Shown piece by piece: positions 11,793-26,200 of a stretch of DNA of 52,017 nt. The stretch lies in NCBI GenBank assembly GCA_032718475.1, contig JAUCBJ010000952.1, positions 1 through 52,017 of the forward strand, read 5' to 3'. Source of the stretch: Nemertoderma westbladi. Taxonomy: Eukaryota; Animalia; Xenacoelomorpha. The notes under the pieces were generated by a model. The model was not told where the DNA came from. It searched no databases and saw only the letters and a program-made list of their open reading frames with translations. The translations under genes were made by a program, and so were the position numbers. Position 1 is the stretch's first letter; each line of letters opens with the position of its first letter.

Positions 11793-13597
11793 ATGAGTAT
11801 GAGAACCTTCCAGGAGAAATACCGGCTTGGTCGTCACCTGGGTCAACAAGGACCGCGTCCCTCAGTGGTACACCAGGCTGGGTTCGATAAATTGGCTACT
11901 GGAACAGAAGACAGAGAAGAAAGAAGAACCAACCTGTTGAAATGTAAAAAGACACTAAAGATTGCTACAATGAACACACGCACGCTGAAAGCTCAGAGCA
12001 AACAGGGTGACATGGTCGCTCTGGCAATGGAATATAACATCGACATCATCTGCATCCAAAAACATCGGATTTGTCATCAAGACACTGCCATGAAGTACAA
12101 TGACATTGGAAATGGATGGACGTTAGTAACCAGCTCAGCAGTAAGAAACTTGGCCAATGCATCAATTGGTGGAGTAGGAATTCTGCTAAGCCCATTTGCA
12201 CTTAAGACCCTAAACAACATCGAATCTATAAATTCCAGGGTTAAGATCGCAACATTCGATGGGAATCCCAAGACAACAGTTATATGTTGCTACAGTCCAA
12301 CCAATGCATCAGAGCCAGAACAAGCAGTCAAGTTTTATGAAGAACTGACTGGACTTATTAAGGACATCCCGAAACACAATGTTAAAGTCATTGCTGATGA
12401 CCTGAATGCGCAAATTGGCCCAGAAGACATCAAGGGTTACACCTATAACACCAGTTCTAACAGAAATGGGTACTTACTCTTAGACCTAATGGAAGAATGT
12501 GAATTGATACCAACAAACAACACATTCGAAAAGAGTAAGGGGAAGCTATGGACCTTTCAATACCCTAATGGAACCAAAGCACAACTGGATTACATCCTTA
12601 TAAACAAAAAGTGGAGAAATAGCATGATCAACTGCGAGGCATACAGCTCGTTCAACCTAATTGGTTCGGACCACAGAATTGTGACTGCATAGATCAGACT
12701 CAGTTTGAGAGCCAGCAAACCCAGGACAAGCAAGCAAATCAACTATGACTGGGAGAAACTCAGAACTGACAATGCTGTAAAGGATGCTTATACAGTAGAA
12801 TTTCAAAACCGCTTTGAAGCACTTCAGTCAATGGATGAAGACCAATCCACCGATTCAATATACCAGAATATAATAACAGCCCACAAGGAATCAGCTAAGA
12901 GGCATGTCCCCCAGAAACCTAAACGAAAACAGTATGTGCCATGGCAAAACTCTGAGGTTACTTGTAAGAGAGAAGATCTTAAGATAGCCTACAAAGTTAA
13001 AATCGAACAACCAACAACCGAAAACATTAACAAGGTTGAGAAAGCTAAGGACGATCTTAAATTGGCCTACATCATCAGCCAGGAAAAGTACATACAGGAT
13101 AAAACTGAAGCAATTACAACTGCTCACATACAGCAACAATCAAGACTTACCTGGCAAACTGTAAATGGGGTATCTGGTCGGAAAAGTTGTGCAAAGGGGC
13201 GCCTCAAAGCCGATAGTCCTGAAGAACATGTTGGGAAGTGGAAAAATCACTTCAGCAACTTGCTTGGGCAGCCACCAAACATCGAGGTCAGCCCTACAAG
13301 GAAAATATATGACAAGACACTACCTATAGAAACAGGGGACTTTACACCTGCCGAACTCCAAAGAAGCATTAAAAGCATGTCCAATAATAAAGCGAGTGGA
13401 TTAGATAAAATCCCAGCGGAGGTATGGAAAACCGGAGTGCTAAATATACCATTATTGAATGTTTGCAACCGGATGTTAAAAGGGGAAACGCCACCACCAA
13501 TTTGGACTAAAGGTCAACTAAAGCCTCTCCCCAAGAAAGGAGACCTCGGCATACCAACAAACTATCGTGGGATCTGTCTGCTTGTGGTAGCTGCCAA
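11793..13597 (+). pseudogene. RTE-type LINE: APE endonuclease plus start of reverse transcriptase, truncated by an LTR insertion
   Basis: APE motifs IATMNTRTL, IDIICIQ, CYSPTN, DLNAQIG, QLDYIL, SDHRIV. One in-frame TAG (12690-12692). Then KASGLDKIPAE...PKKGDL...NYRGICLL. Homology stops at 13597, where the LTR TGT begins. Confidence 0.9.
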
Positions 13598-14823
13598 TGT
13601 GCGAAGAGACGTACCTAATACCCTGCAATATCCTACTGTAAAGTCTGTGAATCAAAGCATAAATCCGACCTTCTCACCAAAACAGTAAACTCTAAGTAAG
13701 CAAATCTATTGCAGTATCGGTCTCTTATAACCAGTGAGGCAGAAGACAGTCTACGAACGGACAAACTTCGATAAAACAAAATCCCGCGCAGTGAATCCTA
13801 AAATCGGGTTGACTCACTGACGGACTAAAAGTGCTCGTATACTTTGCCGCGGTGTGATTTATATGGGGTGGGTGAGAGGCGCTAGCTACAAATATAACTA
13901 GCGGGAAAGGCCGCAGTGCGAACAAATTATTTTATATATTTTGAGGTGTAAATAATTCCTAAACGCGTGTATGTCTTAATTCATAGGTCAAAATTGGTTT
14001 TATCCTTCATATAATCTCATTTACTGGGTCCGGCATTTATTTTACAAATATTCTAATATTTTGGTAACTTGTAGGTCCAATACTTACAAATGACAAGGCT
14101 CCTTCCCCTTTTGTGTATTTCCAGGACTCAAATTCAGGCATAAGGTTAATACTACGCCCAGAATTCGGCAATTTAATTACCAGGTCCCTAATACTAAGAA
14201 GAAATGTGTTAGTTTACTACTGTAGGCGTACAGTTACAAATAGCTATCCTGGCTCTTATCTAGAATTTTAGTCACCTAGGTAGGCTGGGTAACTTCCTAT
14301 CAGGACGTTGGCGGGGACACGGTAGGTGTTAATATCCCTAATAGCCTTAATTTATTGACGCCTAGTGGTAAACTTCCCTACCGCCTGAACGGTATAATCT
14401 CACTTCAGGGAAAACACAGCAACCCTCTCCTGGCCTACAAGTTCCAACGCAAGCGATAAACACCGTGTACTGCCGACAAGCCACCAACGCACCTATACCT
14501 GACAATGAGTTAGGCGTACAGTTTTGCTGCACCCTACCAATGTGCATGCCGTGTAATGGTGTGCCTGTGTCCTATCTGCGTACGGGTATCTCTCTGTCTA
14601 ACTTTCCTTTCTCCTCCCTTAGGAATATGAAGGGGTTCTGCGGGTTTTCAAAGAATTGGGACAATACAGTTCCTAAATTTAAATTTTGGCGTACAGTGTG
14701 TCGCTACTTCTACCATCGATCTTAGGTCTTACACTTAGGTAGCGAAGCATCGAACAATGTCTAACCTTTCAGGCGATGGGCGAATAACTACGAATCGATA
14801 TTGTGGGCGGTCTCCTGTCTACA
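13598..14823 (-). repeat. 3' LTR of copy A (minimal extent; may extend to about 16216)
   Basis: Begins TGTGCGAAGAGAC exactly at the LINE break and is homologous to 35939-37148. Candidate inner end ...TCTACA followed by TTCCCTCG (minus-strand PPT-like CGAGGGAA|TGT). Confidence 0.65.
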
Positions 14824-15061
14824 TTCCCTCGATGTTCCCGTTTACTGCCGTGGCCCGATGTCTAGCCGTCCATCCTGTTCTTTAGTGGTGCTCACCGTGG
14901 TGAAAACATAGTAAAAAGGGCAGATAGCGAATACTTCTAACTTTATTACAAATTTAACGATAACTTAATGAAGATAATATACACACTAAAGAACTAAGAG
15001 TGAATGAATTAGTAGTGATAACTAAGCAAGAATAATATGTAACTAATGAACTAAACCGCAC

Positions 15062-15210
15062 CTTTTATAGCAAATTTTGTGCTGCAATCAATCGAGATAA
15101 ATCTCGATTGTTCTATGAGTTCTATGGGGGTTTTAAAGATAATTATTGGTCCAGCAAACACGTATCTTACACGACATTGGTTACTATCACATAACTGCAA
15201 TTACATTGGT
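15062..15210 (-). promoter_or_regulatory. Pol II promoter-like block: three CCAAT boxes about 30 bp apart plus TATAAAAG
   Basis: Plus-strand ATTGG at about 15145, 15176 and 15205, and CTTTTATAG at 15062-15070. Conserved in copy B (37379-37515). Confidence 0.5.
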
Positions 15211-15272
15211 TAATCTACCTGCAGATGCAACTAAATCGTAGCGGTAAATTTGAATAAGTTGAAATTCAGCAC

Positions 15273-15356
15273 AAAAAACAATTTGCACCTGCTAGGATTT
15301 GAACTCGATACCTACTAAACGAATTTCCAACGCTTAACCAACTGAGCTACTGAACC
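15273..15356 (-). ncRNA. tRNA-like Pol III cassette in copy A
   Basis: Minus strand GGTTCAG-TAGCTCAGTTGG (A box)...GAGTTCAAATCC (B box)...TTTTTT (terminator). The acceptor stem does not pair, so it is not a functional tRNA. Confidence 0.6.
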
Positions 15357-16237
15357 ACTTGAATAATCGTTGTACAAATAGCTATAGTGAATGCAAATGA
15401 AGACTTAATGTAATCTTTATAACAAGTTTATTCGAACAAATAAAATTTTGAAAATCCACAGCATTTATGAGAATATAATTATATACAGCTCCATGAAAAC
15501 AGGATATTATCGTGCTTAAAATATACGGTTTTCACCAATAACAAATCAAATTATGGAATACTTGGGACGTACTTACATATTTACAAATTAAATCTCAACA
15601 ATAATACCTTTACATAATAATTCGATACAAAATAATTACAAATTCAAACTTTACGTATTTAAGGCTTTATTAAGTAAGCACAATATAAATCTAAATTAAA
15701 TTCACCAATATAAATCTATTGCATCTCAATATTGCATAAATTCAAATAATTACCAATACAAATGAAGTTATTGCATCTCAAATATTGCATAGATACAAAA
15801 TTGTTACAAATACAAATACTTTCGTGCCTAAAGATATATTGCATAAGTTCGGAATTATTACAAATATGAGTCTCTCTAAGTACGAACTTTCTAAATACAA
15901 AACTTTCTAATTACAAAATATAACGATTTACAAATGAAGTCATAAGAAAGGCTCACGAGTCTTCCGTCTACTCTTGCCTTCTATTTACTGCGAATACAAA
16001 TACTGCTTCTTTATAAAATATAAATTGCATAATATTCGAAACAATAAATTGCGTAAGTTTGGAATGACTACAAATATAGCACTTTCTAAATATAAATCTT
16101 TCTAAATATAAAACTTTCTAAATTTCATAAAATTGGAACAATACAATACATAAATTTAGAACAATATAACGCTGTATAAGTTTAATCATAAGAAAGGCTC
16201 ACGAGTCTTCCATCCACCCTTGCCCTCCCTTCCCGCT

Positions 16238-19200
16238 TTATCGCTTAGCAGATCGAGCCCTGCCATGTCCTCGAAAACTGCGCACAGGTGACTTTGCTCG
16301 CGGTATGGGATTTGTGGGGCGAGTCACTAGTTTACCTTGGACGTTGGGAGATGGTGCGACCATTTCCTCACATATTCGTATATTAGGCTTCCCAAATCCT
16401 CGTCCGATTCCTTGTGACCGATCGGTTGTGTCTACCGCTGGTAGAACGTCTGGGAACGTGCGGGAAGCGTACGACGCAGACCCAAGAGGAACTTACGCCC
16501 ATTTTTGATCAGCTGGTACATGTCCCGATCCTCCTTGCGGTTCTCTGGGAAGTGACACCGTATCTCGAGTAACTCTAATAGTCGGTTCATTCCCTTTTCT
16601 TTCTTCAATATTTATAGCTTTCTTTAATTGTTGGCCCACTTTCTGAACCCTTAGTATCCTATGCTGTCCGTCCTCCCGAGGGTGACGTGCAGACGGCGCA
16701 ACCGGAGTAGCTGGTATGTTGGTCACCTCTAGGATCTCCTCTTCCTCGAATACGCTCGCTCGTATACGCCTATGATAGAACGCGGCTCGGTACGCCCATG
16801 CGACGGTTAACCAAGCTCCCTTGTTCCGCTTTTCCGTTCGAAAACGATCGAATTCACCATATGTGATACGATTGACTACTTTCTGGAAGTTCCATGTATT
16901 CTTATTGTCGGGGTGAATCTGTAACAAATATTCGCGCACAACTCGAAATCCACTATCGTGAGGCAAAATATCAACTACCTCGATAAGTTCATCATATTGG
17001 GGCATAGCGGAGATATATCCTTCTGACATCATAGTTTAGGATTTACCACCCAAAATCCAAGATGCGCTCTCATTGGGAACCGTCTTCTTTGCGCCGATAC
17101 ATGTTCGTCAGCTAAATCTTCCCATTTGTCGAATAGTTTTCTCACTAGTTTTACAGATTCGTGTTCGTAAGTTATGTCTCGTAATTGGCATTCAGATGCT
17201 CGATGTCCCTTTATATTGCAATATGTACATTGAGCCATAAATCTCCAGCAAGTATAAAATGTATGGGACCCTTGATCTCCACACCATCCACAGATTAGTT
17301 GAGTCGTAGTAATGTGCTTTCCACTGCACTTTGTCGAATGATGTCCAGCGACGCCACATTTACCACACATAGTGTTAGCAGGGTACCACACTCGCTCATA
17401 TATAAGGTCTCCAATTGGTCGAGCGCTTCCTCCCACACTATAGTCATAGTCGTCTGGATCTACAGGTTGGTATGCTTCAGAAGGTTGTATGCAAACTACA
17501 GCATCTGTTGCTTCAAGTTGTCGAATCTCCGTCTGAGATTTCTTCAGGAGGTTCCTTTCAATCTCAAGAAGTTCCTCTAGAGGATCATCAACGGTCGTCG
17601 TTACTTCGAAATCATCACCTAAGTGACCGATAGGCGCGCGCGTCTGCCGTGATTCGTCAGTAATCTCCACGATACGTTCTCCTTCATAGGGTAACAATGT
17701 AAACATAGATGGTCTTTCAATGAGAGATCCCGCACAGCGAAGATACACGTCTCAAAATATACTAAATCCTGCTCGAGTAAAGGCATTGCACTGAGCGTCG
17801 GAATTGTAGAAGGGTTCAAGAAATCGTCTAAACACATCGGTATGAATTCTCCCTTCCGCGTAGAACGTATGATCTTCTCCGAGACAAAGTGGATGTCTTT
17901 TAAGAGTCCGAGACACAATGTCGGCGACTAGGCAAACATTCACTGATGACTCTATCGCTAAATAATATTGTAGGACCACTCTTGGAGGTGACGTAATAGC
18001 CCAATACACGCATCCTCTCCATTTGAGCTGTGATTCAAACTCGTTTATATCCGGAGTATCACCTTCTCCATAAGTTTCGATATACTTGGTTCTCTTACTT
18101 TCCTTGTAATCCCAATTAAATATTAGGTAGGAGATATATCCAGTTCCGGTTTTCTGAGTATCATACTCACGGAAAAATCCTTGTTCTATAGACCACAAGA
18201 TAAGAGGTCGAGTGTCGACGTAAGGTGTCAGTAGTCGGTCGTCACGGTCCGTCATGCCGGCGAAGCCGCTAATTAAATCCTTTCTCACTCCTGATCCAAT
18301 CTTTACAACAGTTTTATATAAAATGATATTTCTTACCATCTTCGGTAACATCCTAGCATCGATCTTGCAAGCTTGGTCCATCTTCTTTACTATATTAGTG
18401 ATGAGATGGTGTCGCTTTGTATTCGCTGTAGGTATCGGCATTCGTTTGTCGCTCCTTTGTCTACTAAAAATGTGCAAAACTCCGTCTGCCGCTCTAATTT
18501 GTATAGTCTTGGAAGTCAGACATTGTTGATGGCTGCCGCCCTCGTTATCATAAAACATGTAGCCATTCTCTTGAAACGATCTAAACGTTCTGTTCCATTC
18601 GTCCAGTAATTCTTCCAAAGGTTGCCAAATCTTCTCTATGTCTTTCTCGTCCTCGAAACGAATGACTTTATCTTGCCAGTTCGTAGCTATGTCTGTATCC
18701 GACTCGAAGGTTCCTGTTCCAATCCATAAGCGAATTGTTCTGGTCAAATATCCTTTCAGGTTACTCGGAGCTATATCAGCGCCAGCTCTATCTAGTTCCC
18801 TAAAGTCTTGAATATGAGGCGGAACATTATGCACAACCTTTTGCGTAATATGTCTACGTAAATTATATATCTTAACCATATCGCTTGGAACAACTGCAGG
18901 AAGAAACTCCAAGTTTGAAATGATTTCCGAATGGTCCACGATAGGTATTTCGTACGTCGTATCCTATCGGACTGGAATACTAATAGGGTAATTGAGTGTC
19001 GTACTCAATGGTTTCACAGTCGAAGTACTATACGGTTGCATTTCTCTTGTCCTTTCCGGGGATGCAATCTGTAGTCTCTGAATAACGTTTTGGGCAAAGT
19101 TTATACTTTCGAAAACTTCTGGTGTCATTTCCTTAGCTGAAGTTTGATCGTGTGACGTCCAATGGTAAGAAGGCACGCGAGTCTTCCGCCCCATTCTTCC

Positions 19201-21079
19201 ATCTCACCTTTTTTGAAAGCCTTGTAGGCTCTGTATAGGCTAAGAGCTTCTTTCTTTTCGCGGGTTGACTGAGTCGCCTCGTCCAGCATAAGTTCAAATG
19301 CATCGGGTTCAACAACCTTGGGTGGGTAAACGACAATTTCTCCCACCTTTGGTCCAGTCATAGCAAATGAATGATATGGATTCGATAAAGGATACCCTCC
19401 TTCCTGGTAGCGTAGTTGTTGATGGTTCGAACACATCGCCAATATCGGTTCAGGATTTTCCTTATTCAAACGCATCGGAATCGCATTTCGTTGTTCGCGC
19501 ATACAAGCACCACATTTGTAATAAAGTTTATAAACTGAAAAGGCTTCCTTCGTTTCTCTATCGTCCCCTCGAGTTCGTCTGTAAAGATGCATTCCATCAA
19601 ATTCATCGCGTACCGCAGGCATAGGTTCATGCGCCTTCAGGTATTGCATGGTATGATACAAACGACTAATTTCAGTATCAGGGTCTTCGCTAATATCTCC
19701 CGTATCACACAAATCGTCGTACGGGTAAAGTTCGATGAAGGTTTCGCGTAAACTTTCGATTCTTTCATTTAACGCGTTTTGTCTTCTCTTTATTACGATT
19801 GGGTCATATTTCGCTTTCGTCCTTCTGGGCTCCTCTCGGAGGCGCACCCACGAGGCGGACTTGTTTCCACCACCCCTGGGGCCAGTCCGACTGATGTTAT
19901 TATCACACCGGGCCGGAGGGTGGCCCGATGCTTCCCGGGTTCTGTTTTCGGTCCCCCGATCACACTGGCACAGCTCGTCGAACGTGTAGCCAGATGGGCA
20001 GCTACTGTCAACTTACTGTGGCCTGACTGTACATTGAGCCAACTCAAAGAGTCAACCGGCAGGTGGACCAGTCGATAGCGATCGAGCACCAAAGTCGCCC
20101 TTGGGCCTAACCGACGGTCTTGTCCCAAGCGGGCTTGCGCTACCCAACATTGGAATTTTGACACGTTTTCACCTGCCTCGCCGGCAGTATTGAGGGGACA
20201 CCATTCCTCAACAATACTGACTAGCTCGAAAGCTAGGAACAAGTAACCACTTACCCGTCCTGTACACGTGTACTCAACAGATGTTCACGAAATCAAGTAC
20301 ACAACGGTAAGCACAAAATCGAACACATACCATGCACACACAGATGACTTAATCGGGTAAGACAAAATCGGGGTCAAAATCGGGAAAGACAAAATCGGAG
20401 ACATAATCGACCAACCAACAAGTCGAGAGTAAACAATTGCCAGTAAACAAGTCAACTGGCAAGGGTTCCCATATTTACTCGCAGTGGCCACACATACAAT
20501 CACGTGTACTCACGTACCCACAGCAACAGAAAGCTCAAAGACCCAGACGGTTTATCCCAATGCCACCAAAGACCAATCAGCTGAACATGGAGACAATAAC
20601 ATATAGTATCAAAAAAACGGAACAGCTGATGGCCAATGGAACCATCCAAGCCCCAAGCAAACTGCCACTGATCGCCCACATACAAAACATAGTTCACGCC
20701 ACATGAGCCACAAATCACGCCATGCCACCACCCCTACTGTGTACAGGACTGGCAGTACGGCAACAGGCCGACTAGACGGTATCACGGCACCATGGCAATT
20801 CATGGTTCATTAGATACAAGGGCCTTCAGTGACTCCCTAGCACTATACTCGCAATTTAACGTGCCCCTAGACCCTCACGAGTCCACCGCCGCCTGTTAAG
20901 ACCACCCCTATAGAGACCTCACCTCTTTAGGTAGTCTTTGCGAATTTTGCTGTACTTTCTGATAATTCCTTTATACCAAATATAGTGTAGTCTTTAGCTC
21001 CAAATCGTTCGAATGGCGCTGCTGCTTCCTTTTGGATATCATATCCCCATCTCGGCTCTCCGCGTATCCCCTTCTCCAT
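16238..21079 (-). pseudogene. Extra ORF (ORF3) of copy A: Cys/His motif, DEDDy 3'-5' exonuclease, three CCHC knuckles, basic tail; disrupted
   Basis: ATG at 21079; pieces 19125-19817, 18964-19170, 17752-18939, 17029-17748 and 16238-17032. Motifs FYDNEG, TIQIRAADGVLHIF, VVKIGSGVRKDL, YVDTRPL, YYLAIES; CGKCGVAGHHSTKC, CGWCGDQGSHTFYTC, CTYCNIKGHRASEC. Confidence 0.8.
19818..20935. other. About 1.1-kb GC-richer insertion of unknown origin interrupting ORF3 of copy A
   Basis: Absent from copy B at 42065-42075. Flanked by CTTT on both sides. No recognisable domain. Confidence 0.75.
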
Positions 21080-21742
21080 TATTGGAAGTAATGGTTACAT
21101 AATCATTGCTACTAGAGGGAATACAACAGAGTTTATAGTTAGTTGTGAGGAGACGTGAGGGTTTTCGTCTGCCCTTTGGGCTTCGACAATGCTCTAACCT
21201 CCTACCCATAGCCTAAGATCTAGGGTTTCTTTAATGACACACTGTTTCTTATCTAAATTTTTGCCGAAATAAAAACGATTTTGGGCTAAACTGGCTGTGA
21301 GTCTAAAATACTCACTTTTTGATCCCAAACTATTATCAGAAAATAAGCAATCAAGAATTAGTAATAAATATAGGGAAGTCTATTATTTGACGTAACTTAT
21401 TGAAACAAGACCGTGTAAAATTTAATTAAAATTTTAAGAAAGGCTCGCGAGTCTTCCATTTTCTTGTTTCTCTAATTTTAAGATCCACCCGACTGTACCC
21501 TGAAATCTATTCACTGGAGAAATTTTTAAAGTTTTTCAAATCCAAATGGATTGTCTAAAATTTTGAAAATGTCTCAATATTGTGAGTTCCAAGTAGAATT
21601 CCATTTCTTATACCTACAAATCCCGCTCCTATGTGACACATAAGGGTACTACCCTCAATGTTCACATATAAAGACAATGGAATTCTACCGCTGTCTTTAC
21701 TACAGTGTACAGGTACGTGGAAATCTATTTGTAAACTCCTTA

Positions 21743-23287
21743 TTATTTACTAACATTAGTTGGAGATTTGTAGTCTCCAGACTCGTTACGAGTCTCTTCA
21801 AGAAGTACGAGATGTTGAGTCGGTCTATCTACTGTACGACCGTCAATTGTCCGTACTGTCACAGTTCTTGTCACTCCATCCATAGATGGATGTGTGGCTA
21901 AAATTACACCTGTTATCCAGAAGCGTCTTTTTAGATTCACTTCTGCTAACAGCACATGATCTCCCGGCTTTAATGCACTGGTATTATTGTACCAAGTAGT
22001 TCTGGCAGAAATAGAGGGCAAATAATGGTTTTGCCATATTTCCCAGAATTTGTTAGCCAGTAGTTGCGTGATTTTCCACGCTTTTCTACCGTAGCTATCG
22101 CCTTCTATTGGAATAGAAATAGGCGTCAATGTTGTCGGTGCCTGCATTAGCAGGTGTGCCGGTGTTAAAGCAAATTGGGATTGTTTGTCATCGGGTACTA
22201 ATACTATTGGTGCGTGCTCATCGCGAATCTTATTATTGTAGCAATCTATCACCTTGTTTAATTCATCGTTGTAGTCGAATTGTCCGCCATGATTGATGAG
22301 ATGGCACAGGTTTACTTGGTTTCGCCAAGTCTCATTTTCGTTGAGGAGGTTGATTGTATTTTCCTCGTTGAATAATTGGTTAATATCGTCATTATCTGAG
22401 GAGTATGGTGTTCCCTCAGTTGTGGTTTCTCCCTCACTGATTTCTTCTTCCCATTCACTCACCTGATGTACCTTTTCTCGAGGGAGTCTTTCCATCAGTG
22501 TTCGACGGGAAGGTCCAGTGAAGTACCAACCTACTTTCGTTCTTCCCGCGTATGTTTGTAATGGTTGCGGTCGAGCAGGCCGTTTTTCTAATGTCTCTAG
22601 CGCCTCATGCGCATTTTGGCCAATCAATATCTGTACCCCTGGGTAGTCGGTGTTGAATCTAGGGATATCATGCTGCTGGGTAAAATGATCTTCATCCCAG
22701 TTATAAGGTTCCACTTGGCTGGTAGCAAAGTTCTTTATCGCCACCATTTTTACCGACCTTATGCTATGTTCTCCTAGTTCATCCTGGGGAGTGGACAATG
22801 CGCCTACATAGTAATCTGTAGCTACAGTGGATTTCCAAACCTGCATAATTCCTGAAATGTTCAACTTAGTTCGGAACTTGGGTTGTCCAGCAAAGATGTC
22901 TTTGGCTAGTTCTTTGTCGATGAATGTCCCTGTACTGCCGGAGTCAAGGAGGGCGTTTACTATAAAACTCTTACCTATCCCATGGAATCTCAGCTGCACC
23001 ACTGGGAATTCCGGGATTCCGACGTTGGAAGTTGGCGCTTTCCAAGATGGTGGTTGGTCTGGAATGGTTAGTTGCGTTTCGTTATTGGTTTCAGTCTCAT
23101 ACGTAAGCGCTCGATACACTGCGGTGTTTATCATATAACAGGATTCATTTTCGTCGGAGAAATCGTCCGTGTAAAATCCTTCCATCTCAGAGCTGTGGTC
23201 AGTGTCATTCACATCACTGAATTGGACATGTAGTTTGGGCTCACTTACCTGACTCGTGTGGGTTCCTTCAAATTCTGTGTGCAGCAA
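21743..23287 (-). pseudogene. Bel/Pao aspartic protease fused in frame to the integrase C-terminal tail (RT, RNase H and IN core deleted)
   Basis: LLDSGSTGTFI, ILIGQN and VGWYFTGP, then from 22211 PIVLVPDDKQSQFALTPAHLL...FWEIWQNHYL...DGVTRTVTVRT, almost identical to the end of copy B pol. Confidence 0.85.
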
Positions 23288-26200
23288 GATATGATGTTTT
23301 GCGTTGCACTTAGCGCACCTCGTGTCTTAGTAACAGGTCCGCCGTTGGAGTCCTTGTCAGAGACAATTATAACACAACCGCTTATCCCACATGACATCAC
23401 GTCTATCCTTTAGGGATTTCTTCAAGAATTCATCACATCCACTCAAACGATGGGGCCCGTCGCACAATGCACATTTGGGTTTGATGTTGCTTACCTTAAC
23501 TTGGGTTGTGTTATGCACACTTGTTCTTTCTTTGGGCTTTCTTCCATGAATTCTCTTAGGAGACATGGTAGGAGTTACCTGTTCTCTCCTGTCACTGGTT
23601 CGAGACTTAGATTTACTTACGTCTTTCTGTGTTTTGTTGACATAATAAGATTTTCGGTGTCTTTCCCGCTGTTCTCCTCGTGGGAGGTCTGGCTTTCGCC
23701 GTCGTCTGTATAACACACTGGTGTTACCTTTCTCCTAGAAGCGGGTTTTTCACTCACCTTGTCGCCGGTGTCTTCTCTCGGGACTGCTTTAGGAGCTGCA
23801 ATCTTACCTCTCCTTTTAAGAATGACATGGGATCAGCCATGGTAGGGTCTCTTTGTTGCTGGTCCATCATATAGAGAACTTTTTTGTCCCAACGCGTACC
23901 TACTCCACCCTTTGGCAAAGTAGATGCTACGGCTCAAACAACCATGGAACTCTGATATTCATGAGACTTACCTAACCAATCTAGTTGTCTACAGATCTCC
24001 TGAATCTCATCGGAAAACTCTATAATCCCGCTGCTAAGGAACTTTCGGGGCGCTACTAATTTCGCATACAAATACCTAGCTATGTTAGTCCTATTACCAT
24101 ACCTGATGTTTAGTTTATCCCAAACTTTTCTTAATCCATCTGGATGTCCAATAAACTTTAACGCCATTAAATTGGGAGGTCCTTCCTAGCACTCGATGAG
24201 GAATCTAAGTTTCTCTCCATGGGATAGTACGGAACTCTGTATGTTATCTTTATAATATTAATTAAAAGGTAACCATTTCATCTCATCTCCGTTGAACTTG
24301 ATGATCTCTCCCACCTTTACCGCTTGACGGGCTTCGATTCTAGCCATTTGACGCGTAAAACTTTCTTGGGCCATCGTATTATTTAATATCGAGTTATCGG
24401 TATATAAATTTCTCGGATTAGGATCAGGTCTATATGGAATATCATTATTAACGGGTTTATAATTAACCTTAATAGGGTTCACTATAGGAGTTTCTACTTC
24501 ACTAGCAGTATAGATGCGTGTAGGCTCCACACCTTGCGCATGAAATACTTCAGACCTAACAGGTTGACACATTGTTACAAGGGGTGGTGGTATACCCAAT
24601 TGTATATTTACTAATTTATCGCGTTCTAACGCGATACTCTGCTGCACTTCTTGCAACTCTAACCTACCCTCTCTTACTGTTCCCTTTAACTGCTGAAAAG
24701 TCCCTTCCAACTCTCGGACCTGTTGGGAGGAACGTATTCGATATTCCTCCAGCTGCCCGAGCAGGAGATCCATCCCCTGCCGTCCCTCATCCACCCACTC
24801 TACCGCCGAAGCGGGAGCCACCAACATGGTAGCGGGTAGACGAGGGACGACGGGCGACAAATCGTTTATGTCTTGCTTGGCGTCCAGGACCGGGATTGAA
24901 TCAGGGGCTGCTCTACTGGGAACAGGTAGTTTAGTACTGTGCAAAGGGAATTTAGAGTTAGGTTCTGGAAGTACAGGGGTCTCTATCACGGAGGGAGTGG
25001 CTTCGAGAACAGGCCTAATTAATTCAGGCTCATCTACTTTAGTAGGGAGTCTTTCTACTCTAGTAATTTGGTCTGTAGGCTCAGGATTACTTAAGTCTAC
25101 ACTAGCTAGTTGCCTTCTCACAGCCGGAGGCAAGTTAGGCAACTTTTGCTGGTGTGGCGCTCTTCTACGTCCGCTGGAACGAGATTTATTTCCTCTACCT
25201 TCAGGATCCGTTGTATCGCCTTCATCAGAGGAGGTAAATCCCTGTCTTCTGGAAGTAGATCGACTCAGCATCTGCATCTGAGCAGCTGTTCTCTGTTTAT
25301 TTAATTAATCTTGCTTCACTTGAAGATTTTCCAACTCTAGTTGGGCTGTCTCTTCAGATGCCTTCCGTTCTGCTTCTACCACTGCCTCTGCCACTTTTCT
25401 TTCAGCTTCTGCCGCTGCCACTGCCGCTGCCGCTTTTCTTTCAGCTTCTGCCGCTTTTCTTTCAGCTTCTGCCGCTGCCACTGCCGCTGCCGCTTTTCTT
25501 TCAGCTTCTGCCACTGCCACTTTTCTTTCAGCTTCTGCCGCTGCCACTGCCGCTGCCGCTTTTCTTTCAGCTTCTGCCGCTGCCGCTGCTGCTGCTTTTC
25601 TGTCTTCTATTTGTTTTTTCTTTAGCTGCTCTTCTTGTTCCATAGCGATAAAGATGCTTTCATCAAATTTAGCCTGCTCCGCGGCTAATATTTCCGCATC
25701 TAATGAGTCTAACACAAATTTGTCTCCCTCACTATTAGGGTGAAGTCCAGCTAGCCATCTCCTTAATTCTTTGTCACCTATAAATCATTGATAGTCTGAC
25801 AGATAGATGTCAATAGCATCCTTCTTCTGAGGTTTCTCGGATATAGCTTCGCTTTCCACCTGAGAAAAGGTAGCGTCTGTTGACTCTCCATCGTCATGCG
25901 CTCGGTTAGCTGAACTTTCCATAGTGTCGTTCCCTGGACTTTAAGACTCACCCGTTGGAACCAAGTTTTTATAGCCACTTGCAACGACGTGTTTTGGCTT
26001 CTCTTCGAGGCTTCCTTAAAGGCTGAGAGGATTAGTCTGATCCGTAAAATTCGTTCTCGCACTTGATAAAGCAGTTCTCCCTGCTCTTGAGGTCCTTGTC
26101 GTTGTTGAAACAGGTGTTCCTCTAATCGCTCCAAAGAGCTGAAGAATCCCTGGACAAATCCTGCTGCCGACCTCTTCCACACAGCTGGATCTCGAGTGTC

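Noticed and set aside
15273-15356. Functional (for example UGA-suppressor) tRNA gene
   Set aside because: The acceptor stem does not pair, the anticodon loop is 6 nt, and there is no TCA anticodon. Kept only as a tRNA-like Pol III unit.
25341-25645. Cys/Phe-rich and Leu/Pro-rich plus-strand ORFs
   Set aside because: They are antisense shadows of the AEAERK coding repeat in gag.
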